A stretch of DNA of 64,000 bases from Octopus sinensis (Eukaryota): NCBI RefSeq assembly GCF_006345805.1, contig NC_043009.1, forward strand, positions 48,112,001-48,176,000. Reading direction: 5' to 3'. The notes beneath the pieces are model-generated. The model saw only the letters and a list, made by a program, of their open reading frames with translations. It was not told the DNA's origin and ran no database searches. Made by a program: the position numbers and the translations under genes. How positions within the stretch are numbered: the first letter of the stretch is position 1; every line of letters starts with the position of its first letter. This document shows positions 37,283 through 50,894 of this stretch, in pieces.

Positions 37283-37400
37283 AAGGATTTTTTCAGTTTC
37301 CGTCTACCATATCCACTCTCAAGGCTTTCGTCGGCCAGCAACTATGGTAGGAGACACCAGCCCACACGTTTGGGCAGGAAGCTTCTTAACCACACTGCTA
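37180..37400 (-). mobile_element. Family C SINE head fragment with (TG)n
   Basis: ttcagtttccgtctaccatatccactctcaaggctt...aagcttcttaaccacac. Confidence 0.7.
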
Positions 37401-37498
37401 CACTTGAGTCTATTAGTTAATAAATATATTATGCAGCATTTTTCTTGTAAGTAATGACAGTGAGGTCTCTATGGTGTACATATTACAACTAATATATG

Positions 37499-38055
37499 TG
37501 GCAGAATCAGCAGCACACGGGACTAAATGCTCAGCGGAATTTCATCCGTCTTTACGTTCTGAGGTCAATAAAATATGTACCAGTTGAGCATTGAAGTATA
37601 ACAACAACAACAATAACAACAATAACAACAACAACAACAACAATAATCACTCGTCGGACAAAATGCTTCGCAGCTTTTCTTTCGACCCATTACGTTCCGG
37701 TTTCAAATCCCGGTATGGTCGACTTTTTACAATCATCCTTTCGGTGTCAATGAATTAGATATCAGTTGAGTACTGGGGATCGATTTAATCGATTAGCATA
37801 CCACTCCTCCCAAATGCAATTATTCATGCTTCATAAGGCGGCTTTCGCGTTGGACAAATAAAAAAATCTTTAGCAAGCTTTTCTTTTGCCTCTTTACGTT
37901 TCGAGTTCGAATTCTGCTGATGTCGATGTTTTTTCTTTTCCATAGTTTTCGGGGTTCGATGAAATAAATAAGTACCAGTTATTCACTAAGGTCGATGTAA
38001 ACGAGTAGACCTCTCCTTAAAAATTCCAGGCCTTGTGTCGATCGTAGAAATAATT
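37499..38055 (+). mobile_element. Cluster of three degenerate family D SINEs
   Basis: tttacgttctgag, catcctttcggtgtcaat and ttcggggttcgatgaaataaataagtaccag motifs. Confidence 0.7.
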
Positions 38056-38239
38056 ATCGTTTATGTTTTTTTGTTGTTAGTGTAGAGGGTAGGGGTATGA
38101 TAAGGGTGTAGGTAGGTGGTAGGGCAGGTGGCAGGGAGTAGGGGTAGGTTAAAGTAGAGTGGTAATTACTTCGGACGAGAGACATTCGTTGTTGATTTCG
38201 TGCTTAATTGCTGCATTCGTATATTTCTTGTCTTAATTA

Positions 38240-39350
38240 TCAACAATTCTTCCTCCATCTTGGTCCCCCCTCCTCCTCCTCTTTCTCCCCTCCTCTTCCT
38301 GAGGATCACTGCCATCGCCACCACCAGCACCACCACCAGCACCACCATTCCCCCACATCCAGCACCACCACCAGCACCATAACCAGCACCACCACTACCA
38401 CCACCAGTACCACCACTATCACCACTACCATCATCATCATTATCGTCATTAACAACATCAGCAACCCCCCATTGTCACTGACATCATCATCATCATCACC
38501 GCCGCAATCATTACCATCGCCCCTTCCATCTTCCTCATCACCATCATGATCATCATCATGATCATCAACAGTTGCAGTAGCTGCAGCATCATTATCAATA
38601 GCACCATCAATACCGCCTCCACCTCCTCCTTCCACCTCCCCTTCCTCCTCCTCCTCCTCCTCCTCCTCCTCCCCTTCTTCTTATTCTTCCTCAACTCTCC
38701 CTCCTCTTACTCTCCTCCCCTTCTTCTTCTTTTTCTTCTTCTTCGTCAACTTCCCCCTCCTCCCCTTCTTCGTCAACTTTCCCCCTCTTACGCTCCTCCC
38801 CTTCTTTTTCTTCTTCTTCGTCTTCCACTCCCCCCTCCTCTTCCCCTCCTCCCATTCTTCTTCTCCCCTCCTCTTCTCCCCCTCCTCCTCTTCCTCCTCC
38901 TCATTTCTTTCTTTCTCTTCGCCTACGTTAATTACAGGAGTACAGAACCTAAATTGCTTTCCTCAAGCTTCAGGTGTTTGTTGAAGCGTTTGCTGATGTT
39001 GCAATCGTTGCTGTTGCTGCTGCTGCTGCTGCTGTAGTAGTAGTAGCAGTAGCAGCTGGAGTAGTCGTTGTTGTTGTTGTTATTGTTGCAGTTGATGCTA
39101 TGTTGGCTTAGTTTTGTTGTTGTTGTTGTTGTTGTTGATGTAATATTTGCTTGGTTGCGGTCTTAGGGTTCGTCGTGTTCGTCCTTTCAGTATTTACACT
39201 TTAGGAAATTGCTTTGCTGCTGCTGTTGTTGTTGTTAGCGTTCATTAAGTGTTTTATAATTGATTTGGTTGTTGTTGTTGTTGTTGCTGTTATTGCTGAT
39301 GTAGTTGTTTCGCTGTTGTTGTTGTAGTTGCTGTTGTTGTCTAAGTATCG
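38240..39350. repeat. Low-complexity trinucleotide field (CCA, CAT, CCT, CTT, GCT, GTT)
   Basis: Direct observation. Confidence 0.9.
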
Positions 39351-39429
39351 AGAGAGTTTGCTGATGTTGCTGGTTTGCTCGGAAAAATCCTTTCGAACAG
39401 CCGTCAAGTCTCAGTCAACAACTGAAATG

Positions 39430-39871
39430 CTTCTTATTTCTTTACTGCCCACAAGGGGCTACACACAAAGGGGACAAACAAGGAGTAACAAACGGATTAA
39501 GTCGATTATATCTACCCCAGTGCGTAACTGGTACTTATATAATCGACTTCCGAAAGGACGAAAGGCAAAGTCGACCTCGGAGGAATTTGAACTCAGAACG
39601 TAACGGCAGACGAAATACCTATTTCTTTACTACCCACAAGGCGCCAATGAACACAGAGGGAACAAACATAGAGGGAGCAAACAAGGACAAACAAACGGAT
39701 GAAGTCGATTTTATCGACCCCAGTACGTAACTGGTACTTATCTAATCGACCCCGAAAAGATGAAAGGCAAAGTCGACCTCGGCGGAATTTGAACTCAGAA
39801 CATAGCGGCAGACGAAATACCGTTAGGCATTCCGCCCGGCGTGCTAACGATTCTGCCAGTTCGCCACCTTT
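39430..39871 (-). mobile_element. Family D SINE dimer (tails a, a)
   Basis: Two ggcaaagtcgacctcgg.ggaatttgaactcagaac units joined at gacgaaatacc/tatttcttt. Confidence 0.92.
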
Positions 39872-40290
39872 AAGAAAGCTTATAATGAGACGCGACTATC
39901 TACGTTCAGAGCCTAAGATCCATCCGAAAGAAATCTTGGACAACATCAAAACTTGTTCATGTGAACGCGTCTAACTGTAGAGCTTTGATCCAGATGTTTC
40001 ATAGCGAAACAAAGGAGCACGACGTAAAACTGACCAAGTGATACTAAACGTATGATGGCTTTTTTTCTCACAGATTCCAAATGTATTTCGACAAAGCAGT
40101 TGCGAATTTTCTTTCACGGTCAACAAAGGAGTTTTTTAAGTAGTGATAACCCCGAATTTTAGAATTATGTTCAGTGAATCCAATCTAAATTTACGGTTTC
40201 AAGTCGTAGTTCAAGAATAACTTGGTGCAGTATATTGTTGACGGTGCTCGGCAATAGCCAAAAAGAACAATTTTATTGTATCATTTTCTT

Positions 40291-40500
40291 GGAAGCGCGT
40301 GGCTTAGTGGTTAGGGTGTTGGACTCATGATTGAGGTTTCGATTCCTGGACCGGTTGATGCATTGTGTTCTTGAGCAAAAACTCTTCACTTCACATTACC
40401 CCAGTCCGTTCAGCTGTAGAAACGAGTTTAGCGTGGAGAGGGCTTTCTCACACTAGATACGCGGCATGGCTGCAGAGCCCCAACGACATCCAAGGAGTTA
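40291..40500 (+). mobile_element. tRNA-derived SINE, head B with degenerate tail
   Basis: ggaagcgcgtggcttagtggttagggtgttggactcatga...tgtgttcttgagcaaaa. Confidence 0.8.
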
Positions 40501-40670
40501 AGGGACTTATCAAATGTCAATTATTTTTTTTATTACGTTTGGATTTCATCATAATTCACATTTTATTATTTATCTCATAATTCCTTCAGTGTTATTGTTG
40601 TAGTTGTCAGTGTTGTTCTAGTTGTCATTGTTCTTTTGCAGTACTTTTTTCTTGTTGATAATATTCTAGT

Positions 40671-41510
40671 TAAAGGCGATGAGCTGACAATCGTTAGCAC
40701 GCCGAGCGAAATGCTTAGCGGTATTTCGTCTGCGTTACGTTGTGAGTTCAAATTCCGCCGAGGTCGACTTTGCCTTTCATCCTTTCGGGGTCGATAAATT
40801 AAGTACCAGTTACGCACTGGGGTCGATGTAATCGACTTAATACCTATGTCTGTCCTTGTTTGTCCCCTCTGTGTTTAGCCCCTTGTGGGTAATAAAGAAA
40901 TAGGTATTTCGACTGAAAGACAGCGAGCTGGCAGAAACGTTAGCACGCTGGGCGAAATGCGTAGCCGTATTTGGTCTGCCGTTACGTTCTGAGTTCAAAT
41001 TCCGCCGAGGTCGACTTTGCCTTTCATCCTTTCGGGGGTCGATAAATTATGTACCATTTACGGATTGGGGCCGATGTAATCGACTTAATCCGTTTGTCTG
41101 TCCTTGTTTGTCCTCTCTGTGTTTAGCCCCTTGTGGGTAGTAAAGAAACAGGAATTACGACTGTCTCCATGCTCTGAGTTCAAATTTTAACGAGGTCGAC
41201 TTTGCCTTTCATCCTTTCGGGGTCGATAAATTAAGTACCAGTTGTGTACTAGGGTCGATGTAATCGACTGGCCGCCTCCCACAAAATTTCTAGCGTTGTA
41301 TCTAAAAAAGAAAAGAATCGTTAGCATGCCGAGCGAAATGCTTAGCGGCATTTCGTCTGTCTTTACGTTCAGAGGTCAAATTTCGCCGAGATCGACTTTG
41401 CCTTTCATCCTTTCAGGATCGATAAATTAAGTACCAGTTGTGTACTGAGTCGAAGTAATCGACGTGCTCCATCTCATGAACTTGCTGGCATTGTGCCTAA
41501 ATTGAAGACC
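40671..41510 (+). mobile_element. Array of four family D SINE units (tails a, a, b, c)
   Basis: gtcgactttgcctttcatcctttc occurs four times in the same orientation. Confidence 0.93.
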
Positions 41511-41559
41511 GCTAATATTGTAGTTGTTTCAGTAGATTTACAGTTGATTTACTTGTTTG

Positions 41560-42481
41560 CAATGTTGTTGTTGATGATGATGATGATGATCTAATTTTTA
41601 CAGTGTTGTTGTTGTTGTTGTTATAGCTAATTTTGTATTGTAGTTTCTTTAGTTGTTTCCATTGCTGTTGTTGTTGATGTTGATGATAATGATGATAACG
41701 ACGACGACGACGACTACAATAATGATGATGACGGTGATAATGATGAGGATGATGGTAACGATGATGATGGCGATGATGATGGTGGCGATAATGATGATAG
41801 TGATGATGATGATGATGATGATGACAATGACGACGACGACGATGATGATGATTATAATGATGATGAGGATGATGATGCTGATGATGATGGCGATGACACT
41901 GACGACGGCAACGATGAAGATGATGAGAATAACGATGATGATGACGATGGTGATGATGATGATGATGTAACTACTTTGGTGTTGTTGTTGTTGCTGTTGT
42001 TGTTTTTGGCTTTTGTTTTAATCATCATTAAAGACTCTGATCATCATCAATTTCTTCGCATTTTATTATTTTATAATAAACTAATTGCATTACGTTTGCA
42101 CGTGTGTGTGTGAGCTTGTGCGCATGCGTGTATGTGTCTGCATATATGTGTGAGTGTGTATGTATGTATGTGTGTGTTTGTGTATGAGAGTGTATCTGTA
42201 TGTGTGTGTTTTATACGTGTGAATATAGTACAATTTGCTACTTTTGATAGCTGAACATCAAACACATTGATTTGACCAAAATTGTAGGACCTACCTAGAG
42301 AGGCCACAGGCGGTGTCTGCACCTCTCTCTTTGATACATATATATATATATATTATATATATATATATACACACACTCAAATATACAGATAAACACACAC
42401 GCACATATAGATAATTATATATATATATTTATACAAACACAGGCACAGATATATATATATATAATTACTTATAAAATGCAT

Positions 42482-42535
<54 letters not shown>

Positions 42536-42680
42536 GGTGGTGTATAGGCGTGTGTATATATATATATACATATGTATATTTATGGATTTATATATGTATA
42601 TATATATATATTTATACATATATATGTACGTATCTCTCTCTCTATATATATACACACACACATACATATGTATATATATA

Positions 42681-42716
<36 letters not shown>

Positions 42717-42790
42717 TATATACATATATACATATGTATATATATATATATGAATGTATGTATAAGTATGTATATATGAATGTATGCATA
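41560..42790. repeat. Degenerate (GAT)n array at 41675-41968 and TA/TG field
   Basis: Direct observation. Confidence 0.92.
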
Positions 42791-43302
42791 ACTTTATTTA
42801 AGCCAAATGCTTTCCATCATAAATAATTTTATTTTGTAATAAAATATATTTTTGTCACTACAGTAATAGAAATGTTCTAAAAATGTTTTTCTTTTTCATA
42901 TGCAGAGAATATTTGAACTCTAATTTTATCTATTTTATATATATATAAAAAAATGAAATTTAAAAACTTCATTTTTGTCATTATATTAGGATTTTTCAGA
43001 GATATCAATTTACTTTAGTTTGCTAAATTTTGACAGATGAGGCTATTTTTTTCAATATTACATATATGATTTAAAAAAAAAAAGTCTTTTTTTCTGCATA
43101 TGTCGGCTTATTGGAATGTATTTAACTTAGATGTCTCAGATTTTAGTTAATATAATCTTTCGTTTGTTACATGTGTGTCTATGTTCGTGTGTCTACATAC
43201 ATTTATAAATATATAAATATAAAAATGTAACTATGTATATACATACATATATACATACATACACACACACATACACACACATATATAAATATATATATGT
43301 CT

Positions 43303-43577
43303 GACATGGCTGTGTGGTAAGAAGCTTTCTCCGCAACCACATGGTTTTTGTGTCCGTGTTTGTCCCCACTACCCCTTGACAACTGGTTTTGGTGCGTTTA
43401 TATCCCGGTAACTTAGTGGTTCGGCAAAAGGTTTCGATAGAATAAGTGCTACGCTTTAAAAAATAAGTCCTGGGCTTATTTGTGTGACTAAAGCCCTTCA
43501 GGGCGGCGCCCCAGCTTGGCCGCAGTCAAATGACCTAAACAAGTAAAAGATAGCACACACACACATACACAAACATG

Positions 43578-43610
<33 letters not shown>

Positions 43611-43804
43611 TTATATATATATATATATAATATGTATGTATTCTGGCTCATGTGTAGGTGTATGGTAAGCATTTTGCTTCCCAACCATATGTTTCCGTGT
43701 TCACCCCCGCAGCACGGTATCTTTGGCAAGTGTCTTCTACTTAGTCTCGGGTCGACCATAGCTTTGTGAGTGGATTTGGTAGATGGAAACTGAAAAAAGC
43801 CTGT

Positions 43805-43810
<6 letters not shown>
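43303..43810 (+). mobile_element. Family C SINEs: internally deleted copy (43303-43550) and head fragment (43645-43810)
   Basis: catggctgtgtggtaagaagc, gccccagcttggccgcagtcaaatgac, ggcaagtgtcttctac...gtgagtggatttggtaga. Confidence 0.82.
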
Positions 43811-43857
<47 letters not shown>

Positions 43858-44089
43858 CCATTTTCCTTTGGAAGGCACCATTAAGTTGTATCTAATTAAG
43901 CCGTATTCAAGAAACTTCAAGGAAATATTCTTCAAAACTTACATTATTTTGTAAACATCTAACTTCTGTGTAATAATTAACTTTAAAAAATAAATAAAGA
44001 TAATTTAATTCCAAACTAAACTGCCCCAGCATGGCCACAGCTCGTGAGCTGAAACTAGAATCAATCAATCAATCAAAAACCGTTTAGTG

Positions 44090-45750
44090 ACTCCTTTTCA
44101 TCAATAACTTTTATTAAATGGGGAAAATGTTCCTCCGAAATTTCCTTTTGAATAAGAAGTATTTTGGAAAAGGATGTTTTTTTTCTTTCTAAATGCTTCC
44201 ATTTTTTGCCACATATCATATATGGACTTAGTTTTACCTTGCAAAAAAAGTATTCAAGTCCTTTTACTTTGACAGGGTATCACACAGAATTATAACATTT
44301 CTACAGAAGTCTTTTTTCAATAATTCCCATTGCTGATTCTGTTGATCGTAAAATTTAATTATCTGTTCTCGCATAGATGAAAAAAAAATTCCTGACACCT
44401 TCCCCTGCGATAGCCAATGCACTTTACAATGGATACGGCAAATCCACACTGAACACCTCATCATTCAAATTTAGCATCTTTCAACTGACGATGCCCTGTT
44501 GCATTTGCGTGAATATAGCTAACTTTTTGCAAAGTGTCACTTAAAATAGTAGATTTAGCACAGAAATCTTGCTGATATAAAATACAATGAAAAGAAATGA
44601 AAACATCTGGATCTGATAATACTTTTTTATCCGTGCAATAAGCCCTTCATATTTTCCTCTTATGGAAGGTGCACCGTATGTAGATTCAATGAACTAACCA
44701 AATTCAGTCCGTTTTCACGATATTTATCTCGAAAGTTTGTGTACTCACTTTTACTCTTTTACTCTTTTACTTGTTTCAGTCATTTGACTGCGGCCATGCT
44801 GGAGCACCGCCTTTAGTCGAGCAAATCGACGACCCCGGGACTTATTCTTTGTAAGCCCAGTACTTATTCTCTTTTGCCGAACCGCTAAGTGACGGGGACG
44901 TAAACACACCAGCATCGGTTGTCAAGCAATGCTAGAGGGACAAACACAGACACACAAACATATACACACACATACACATATATATATACATATATACGAC
45001 AGGCTTCTTTCAGTTTCCGTCTACCAAATCTACTCACAAGGCTTTGGTCGGCCCGAAGCTATAGCAGAAGACACTTGCCCAAGATGCCACGCAGTGGGAC
45101 TGAACCCGGAATCATGTGGTTGGTTAGCAAGCTACTTACCACACAGCCACTCCTGCGCCTATAGATATATATTCTTCGTGTTTTATCCGTGAGACTGCCC
45201 AATGTTAGTAACTCTTGGTAGCAAATAAAATCTGTTATGGTCCGAATGAGTATAAAACCTGCGCTGAGTTAGTAGTATCAGTTGATTCAGCCAAAGCGAT
45301 TGAATAATATATTTTTTGGGGTGGTAGATATTGTATGAAGTTGTTCTGTTACGTTGAGGGTTAATTCATAGCTGCTGAAAGGTGTTTGTACACGGAAACC
45401 ATATCGGGGTCTAAGCATCCTATAACTTCGATAATGCAATTTTGACGATTTCCACATTGCTGACAGGCTTCATTCCCCCCACCCCACCCCGAGTCTCTAA
45501 GCTTCAGAGACATTATTTCCATAACTGTCTTTGCTTTTGCTTTTCATCTTTGAATTTCTGCAATGCAACTTTTTGCGCCCCTCCCCTCTAATCTGAAATA
45601 TTTGTGGTTCTTATAAGTGGCATAAAGATGATGAGCATTATTTCAAAGCAAGTAAATTATCTTATCTTTAGCAGACAAAAAAATAATATTACAGTTTCCA
45701 ATCCTCATTAAAACCCGGTTACTTCTTTCTTCTTTGATACGATGGAGTGT
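44090..45750 (-). pseudogene. hAT (Buster/Charlie/SPIN-like) transposase relic, split by a SINE
   Basis: Minus-strand motifs in order: IALAESTDTTNSAQV (cf. LDESTD), YGAPSIRGK (cf. DGAPSM), HCKVHWLSQGKV (cf. VRWLSRGKV), DLNTFLQGK. Confidence 0.82.
44745..45160 (-). mobile_element. Family C SINE, full length, little decayed
   Basis: Complete head-body-tail, reverse complement of the type at 2227-2647; tail (ttttactc)n. Confidence 0.93.
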
Positions 45751-46049
45751 TAAGCAGACAGAATTTTAAAAAATAAGCAAAATAAAGTAAAATAAATACG
45801 CGGATACGGTCAGGCTGTGCAACTATTCACAAATTCCACGATGACTGATAAATTACATGTGGTTATTGACGATTTAAAGTCTATTCTTCGGCATATTTGG
45901 CATTGGAATTGTTTTTCTTTTGCCCTTGTTTATAAGTTGTTTATAAATTTAACCTTATAACGTAGTTTTTAATATGCTGGCCACTGATAAATTTGTTTTG
46001 AAAATGTTATCCTATATTAGATGTATATATATATATATATATATGTATA

Positions 46050-46350
46050 AAATACAAAGTGGGACAAGGACGCAAAACATCAGGACAACTAGGTGATACA
46101 AAATGGGACAACAAATTATCCAGATAGGCGATACAAAAAGACAAGAACGAGTTATTCGAAGCTTTTTATCCTTAGTCAAGAAGCAGATCATCCTCACAAT
46201 TTCGGCTGATTAATCTTGAGATTGCTCCAATCTGGCCAGCCCCAAGGAAAAACTAAGCTAAGAGCATTAGATTCCTTGGAAGAAAGCATCGAATGTATAC
46301 GAAAACAATGACGGAAAACAGACAATGTTACACAAATATAAATACAATAT
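46050..46350 (-). mobile_element. Second copy of the (TA)n-associated repeat at 23880-24131
   Basis: gagattgctccaatctggccagccccaaggaaaaactaagctaagagcatt is shared. Confidence 0.8.
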
Positions 46351-46822
46351 AAACACAAATATAAATGCAATATAAATACGTATGTGTATGTATATACATA
46401 TACTCATATGCGCATACAAATATATAAGATGAGTGTTGTAGTTCGCTTGAAGTATTGTAGTACAAGTGATGAATAAGTTAATGAGAAATGAGGAAACCTT
46501 CTAACAATGGAGAAAGTTTAAAAAAAAAACATTTATACTTCGGAGGCAAAAGCATGTCTTCAGAAGGATACTGTCAAAGAAATGTGTGTGTGCGCAGATC
46601 CTGCAATTTTGGATTGCCGGATGATCTATGAATCCGTTTTAGTCCCGGCCTTGTGCTAGTAGCAGTAGCAGCTCCGAAATTGATTGTGCTGTTTGGTGCT
46701 GTGCCGTAAAGGTCACAAAAAGGATGGTGGTGGAAAACTGGGTGTAGGCTGGTATCAGTGGTGGTGTAGGCGGTTCACTATTACTGCACATCATTGAGTA
46801 CTTTATTCTAAGTGGCTGGACA

Positions 46823-46869
<47 letters not shown>

Positions 46870-47004
46870 ACAAACACACACACACACACACACATGCACC
46901 CCCACACACATACATATACACGTACACACAAACACACATGTATATTTCTATATCCCTGAAAACTCTCAATGAACAATATGTATACAAATCCTGACTACCC
47001 TCTT

Positions 47005-47376
47005 TTATTAGCTCCGCTTTAGCGAAGGTGGAGGTATTGTTTTCAGTAGTGCTTGTTTGTTTGTCCACAGACAAGATATCTCAAGAACCGCTGGATGGGT
47101 TCGGATGAAACTTTCAGGGATGTTTGGCCTCATGACTGGCACGAACTGATTAGATTTTGGGAATGATCCAGTATCGGACACGGATTCTGGATTATTTTTC
47201 CTGTTTTGTTTTTTTACTTAATTTTTGAGAGCGGTCGGGTTCATTTTTAGTATTCTCGTTCGTGAGAGCAGTCGAGTTTATTTCAGATATTTTTATTTTA
47301 GACATCTCTTGTTTAATCGTTGAGAGGACGTTGGTGTTGCCTTGGCGGAGCTTTGCGCTCTCTGAGTGCTCTTGTT
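47005..47376 (+). mobile_element. Helentron-associated non-autonomous element (HINE/DINE-1-like)
   Basis: Subterminal inverted repeats agctccgc (47010) and gcggagct (47345), 5' palindrome, (TTTG)n tract, 3' hairpin gcgctc-tct-gagtgc, T-rich ends. Confidence 0.78.
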
Positions 47377-47624
47377 AATATACAAATTCTGTAGACCATT
47401 GCAAAATCTATACACACGCATGTGGATATACAGTTGATTTTTAGTAGATTGAAAGTTTGCAGGTTCTCTCCCTTGTCTCTCTTGAGAATATGTTTTCATT
47501 AACGCTATGATATTTTTTTCTCATTAGGATTTCTGTATCAATTAATTAAAAAGACTTTCAGTTCACATCTCAAATTATGTAACAAGTATTTAACACCAAG
47601 ACTTTACATGCATATTTGTTTGCG

Positions 47625-48756
47625 TGAATGTCTGTCTGTCTGTTTGTATGTATGTATGTATGTATGTATGTATGTATGTATGTATTATGTATGTATGTAT
47701 GTATGTATGTATGTATGTATGTATGTATGCATGTATGAATGTTTTTGTGTGAGTGTGTTTATGTCTATGCGTACTTGTACTCGTTTATGTATGTATATAC
47801 ATCCATATATATTATACACACACGTACGCACACACTCACACACACACGCATACATATGTATGTTCCCCTTTCACTTTTCCTCCCTCTCTCTATACACACT
47901 CACAAGCATAATATACATATAGTTGTATGTGTAGAACACACACATACAAATATAAATTGCGTGTGTCGGTGCGTGCACGTATACATATACGTTTATATGC
48001 ATCTATCTGTACATACATACATACATACATACATACATACATACATACATACATACATACATACATACATGCATACATACACACACACACATACACACAC
48101 GCACGGATATACATACTCACACAAATAACCTTTCAGAAGAACGTACTAAAAGTAGATTTAATTCAGAATGTGTAGTGTAAGAACGCAAGGTCTCACTTCT
48201 TCTCTGCCAGGCTGTTTGCTAAAGCATGAAGCGGTTTTGCTTAATAAAATATTCTAGGAAAGCCGATTATCCAATGAGATGCTGATGTTGCAGTTGAAGC
48301 CTGCTGCTGTCTGTAATAATAAGTCAAATTGAGTCTTCAAATGTGACATATTAATTGATGAGTATTTTCTCTGTTACGGACGTTTGAACATGGCAGCTTC
48401 GCCTCTCAGATGTGGACATTTGGCGCTCGGTCCTCCCTTTATAACCGACGAGAAAATGACAGACGTATATCTATGTATGTATATGTATGGTGTATGGGCA
48501 TTTGTGCATGATTGTTTGTGTGTGTATATACACATATGTGTGCGCGCGTGTATGTATGTGCGTGTGAATGTACATGTGTGTGTGTGTGTCCGTCTGTGTG
48601 TGTGTGTACATATAATTATATGGTTATATTAAGCATATCTGAGCTCTGCATGCATACATACATACATACATACGTGTATATATATGCATATATATACATA
48701 TATATATATATATACAGATATATATATATATATATATACACATACAGATACGTACA

Positions 48757-48824
<68 letters not shown>

Positions 48825-49028
48825 CATATATATACATGTATATATGCAAATGTGTGTATATATATATATAATGTATACCCACACACACACATAAATATGT
48901 ATGTATATAAATGTTTTCTTGCATATATAACATGTAGTTATATATGCATTCAATATACATTTATGTATATGTAAGCATTTATAGCATCTATATGTTTGCA
49001 TATATTCATATATATACATACATGCATA

Positions 49029-49089
<61 letters not shown>

Positions 49090-49171
49090 TGTATATATAT
49101 ATATATATATACACATGCTTGAATATATATATATGCATTATGCATACATATATGTATGTACATACACATAT

Positions 49172-49210
<39 letters not shown>

Positions 49211-49367
49211 CACCTACGTATATATGAAAATATGCATATATATGCATGCACAGGGATTTATACGAGCAAAATACGTTATACAAGTACAATGCAGAACAGA
49301 AACGGACATAGTGTGATAAAAATAGAGAAAGACAGGCGGAAATTTAGTATAGTTCACACACACACAC

Positions 49368-49403
<36 letters not shown>

Positions 49404-49475
49404 CCCCATACATACACACTCTTTGTCTCTGCCTCTGTCTTTCCCTCTCTCTCCATCTCTCTCATACACACACGT
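47625..49475. repeat. TATG/TACA/TA/CA/CT microsatellite field with a unique island at 48125-48465
   Basis: Direct observation. Confidence 0.9.
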
Positions 49476-49883
49476 AAGCATGCAGAGCTTACCTGTCATT
49501 CAATGGCCACCATTATAATGAATTACGAAATTACAGTCAATTATAGTCTGTTGGAAATTTCAAAGCTTAGTCACAGAGGACGTGATTCGCCATATATTGC
49601 AAATTCCTTTATCTAGAGAGAAATCCAGGAGGATCCATGTAGAGATTGCATCGTCTTCCAGAATTCTGATTCGTATTTACTAACCTTATGTCGTTGCTGT
49701 TGTCTCGTTATTGTTTAGCTCCAAATCGGCCTTCATCGAATAGACATTATGATCAGAAGTATTGAAACCAAGTATTGCGTACTGGAAGAGATAATCTAGT
49801 ATGGCCTCTTGTAAGAAAACAGGGCGTACTTCGAAGGAGATTCGGGATTAGGATGTTATTTCTAGCAGGTCCAGTGTCCATGT

Positions 49884-50220
49884 GAAGGCGCATAGTTCAG
49901 TGGTTAGAGCGTCGGGATTATGTCATGAGGTAGTGAGTTCGATTCCCAGACCGGATTGTGTGTTGTGTTCTTGAGCAAGACACTTTATTTCACGTTGCTC
50001 CAGTTTACTCAGCCGTAGAAATGAGTTACAATGTCACTGGTGCCAAGCTGTGTCGGCCCCTTTGCCTTTCCCCTGGATAATATCGGTGGCGTGGAGAGGG
50101 GCGGCTGGTATGCATGGGTGACCGGCAGCCTTCCATAAACAACTTTGCAAGGAATTGTGCTTCAGAGGGAAACTTTCTAGGTGCAATCCAAAGGTCATCC
50201 ACGACCGAAGTGGGTCGCTT
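49884..50220 (+). mobile_element. tRNA-derived SINE, head B + tail 3
   Basis: tagttcagtggttagagc A box, gttcgattcc B box, tgtgttcttgagcaagacac body, tail shared with 1056-1250. Confidence 0.88.
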
Positions 50221-50409
50221 TTAGAGTCCAAATAGAGACCTATTATTGTGTCTGATGGTTGTGTTGGTGGTGTTTTACTCCTGGAGATACTTGGTCAAAC
50301 TGGTTTATAATCAAAGATATTTTATCCTTTTAATATAGGACAGCGTCCCAGGTTCACTGTTTTAGAGGTACCGAAATGTAATGACGTTTTTTAAAAGCAT
50401 ATCGTATGA

Positions 50410-50745
50410 CATCATGCAACAAGAGGATCCGCATGAAAGTATCGAGGATTTATTCCAGAGGTTTAACAAACCTTGGTCTACTGTGTAAAAGCATCTCAGG
50501 CAGAATAGGAAAGTGTATATTGAGGGAAGTAAGTACCTCATGAACTGTTTCCCGAGAATAAGGGCCACAGTGTGGAAAAATAACCCAAGAAAAAATAAAT
50601 CCATTGGGTTGGAAAGCTCTAGTTTACCATCCGCACTCACCAGACCTAGCACCAGGAAGTTTTTGCCTGAGATACATTACCAGTGCAAAATCACTCTGAA
50701 GCAAGAGGATTTTAAAACGGTATTCAAAACAATTTTAATGTTCTA
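50410..50745 (+). pseudogene. mariner transposase relic, internally deleted
   Basis: QEDPHESIEDLFQRFNKPWSTV*KHL (HTH), VPHEL, LGWKALVYHPHSPDLAP (cf. WVPHEL and YSPDLAP). Confidence 0.82.
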
Positions 50746-50894
50746 AAGAGCCCACCCCACGCCCTCTTTTTATTTTTTTTACCCGAGGAATAAAAAAAAC
50801 TGGTTTCGAGGAGGGAAAAGTGTTGCTGCTAACGACGAGGATTTTTTTACTTTGAATGCCTTTCCTTGCACCTCACGCAAAAAGGAAAAACGCA

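Noticed and set aside
40671-41510. CRISPR-like repeat array
   Set aside because: Units are 170-240-bp SINE copies with homologous rather than unique spacers; eukaryotic context and no cas genes.
46639-46810. Minus-strand peptide SEPPTPPLIPAYTQF as a coding exon
   Set aside because: No recognisable family, ORF starts inside a (TG)n tract, and no clear splice signals.
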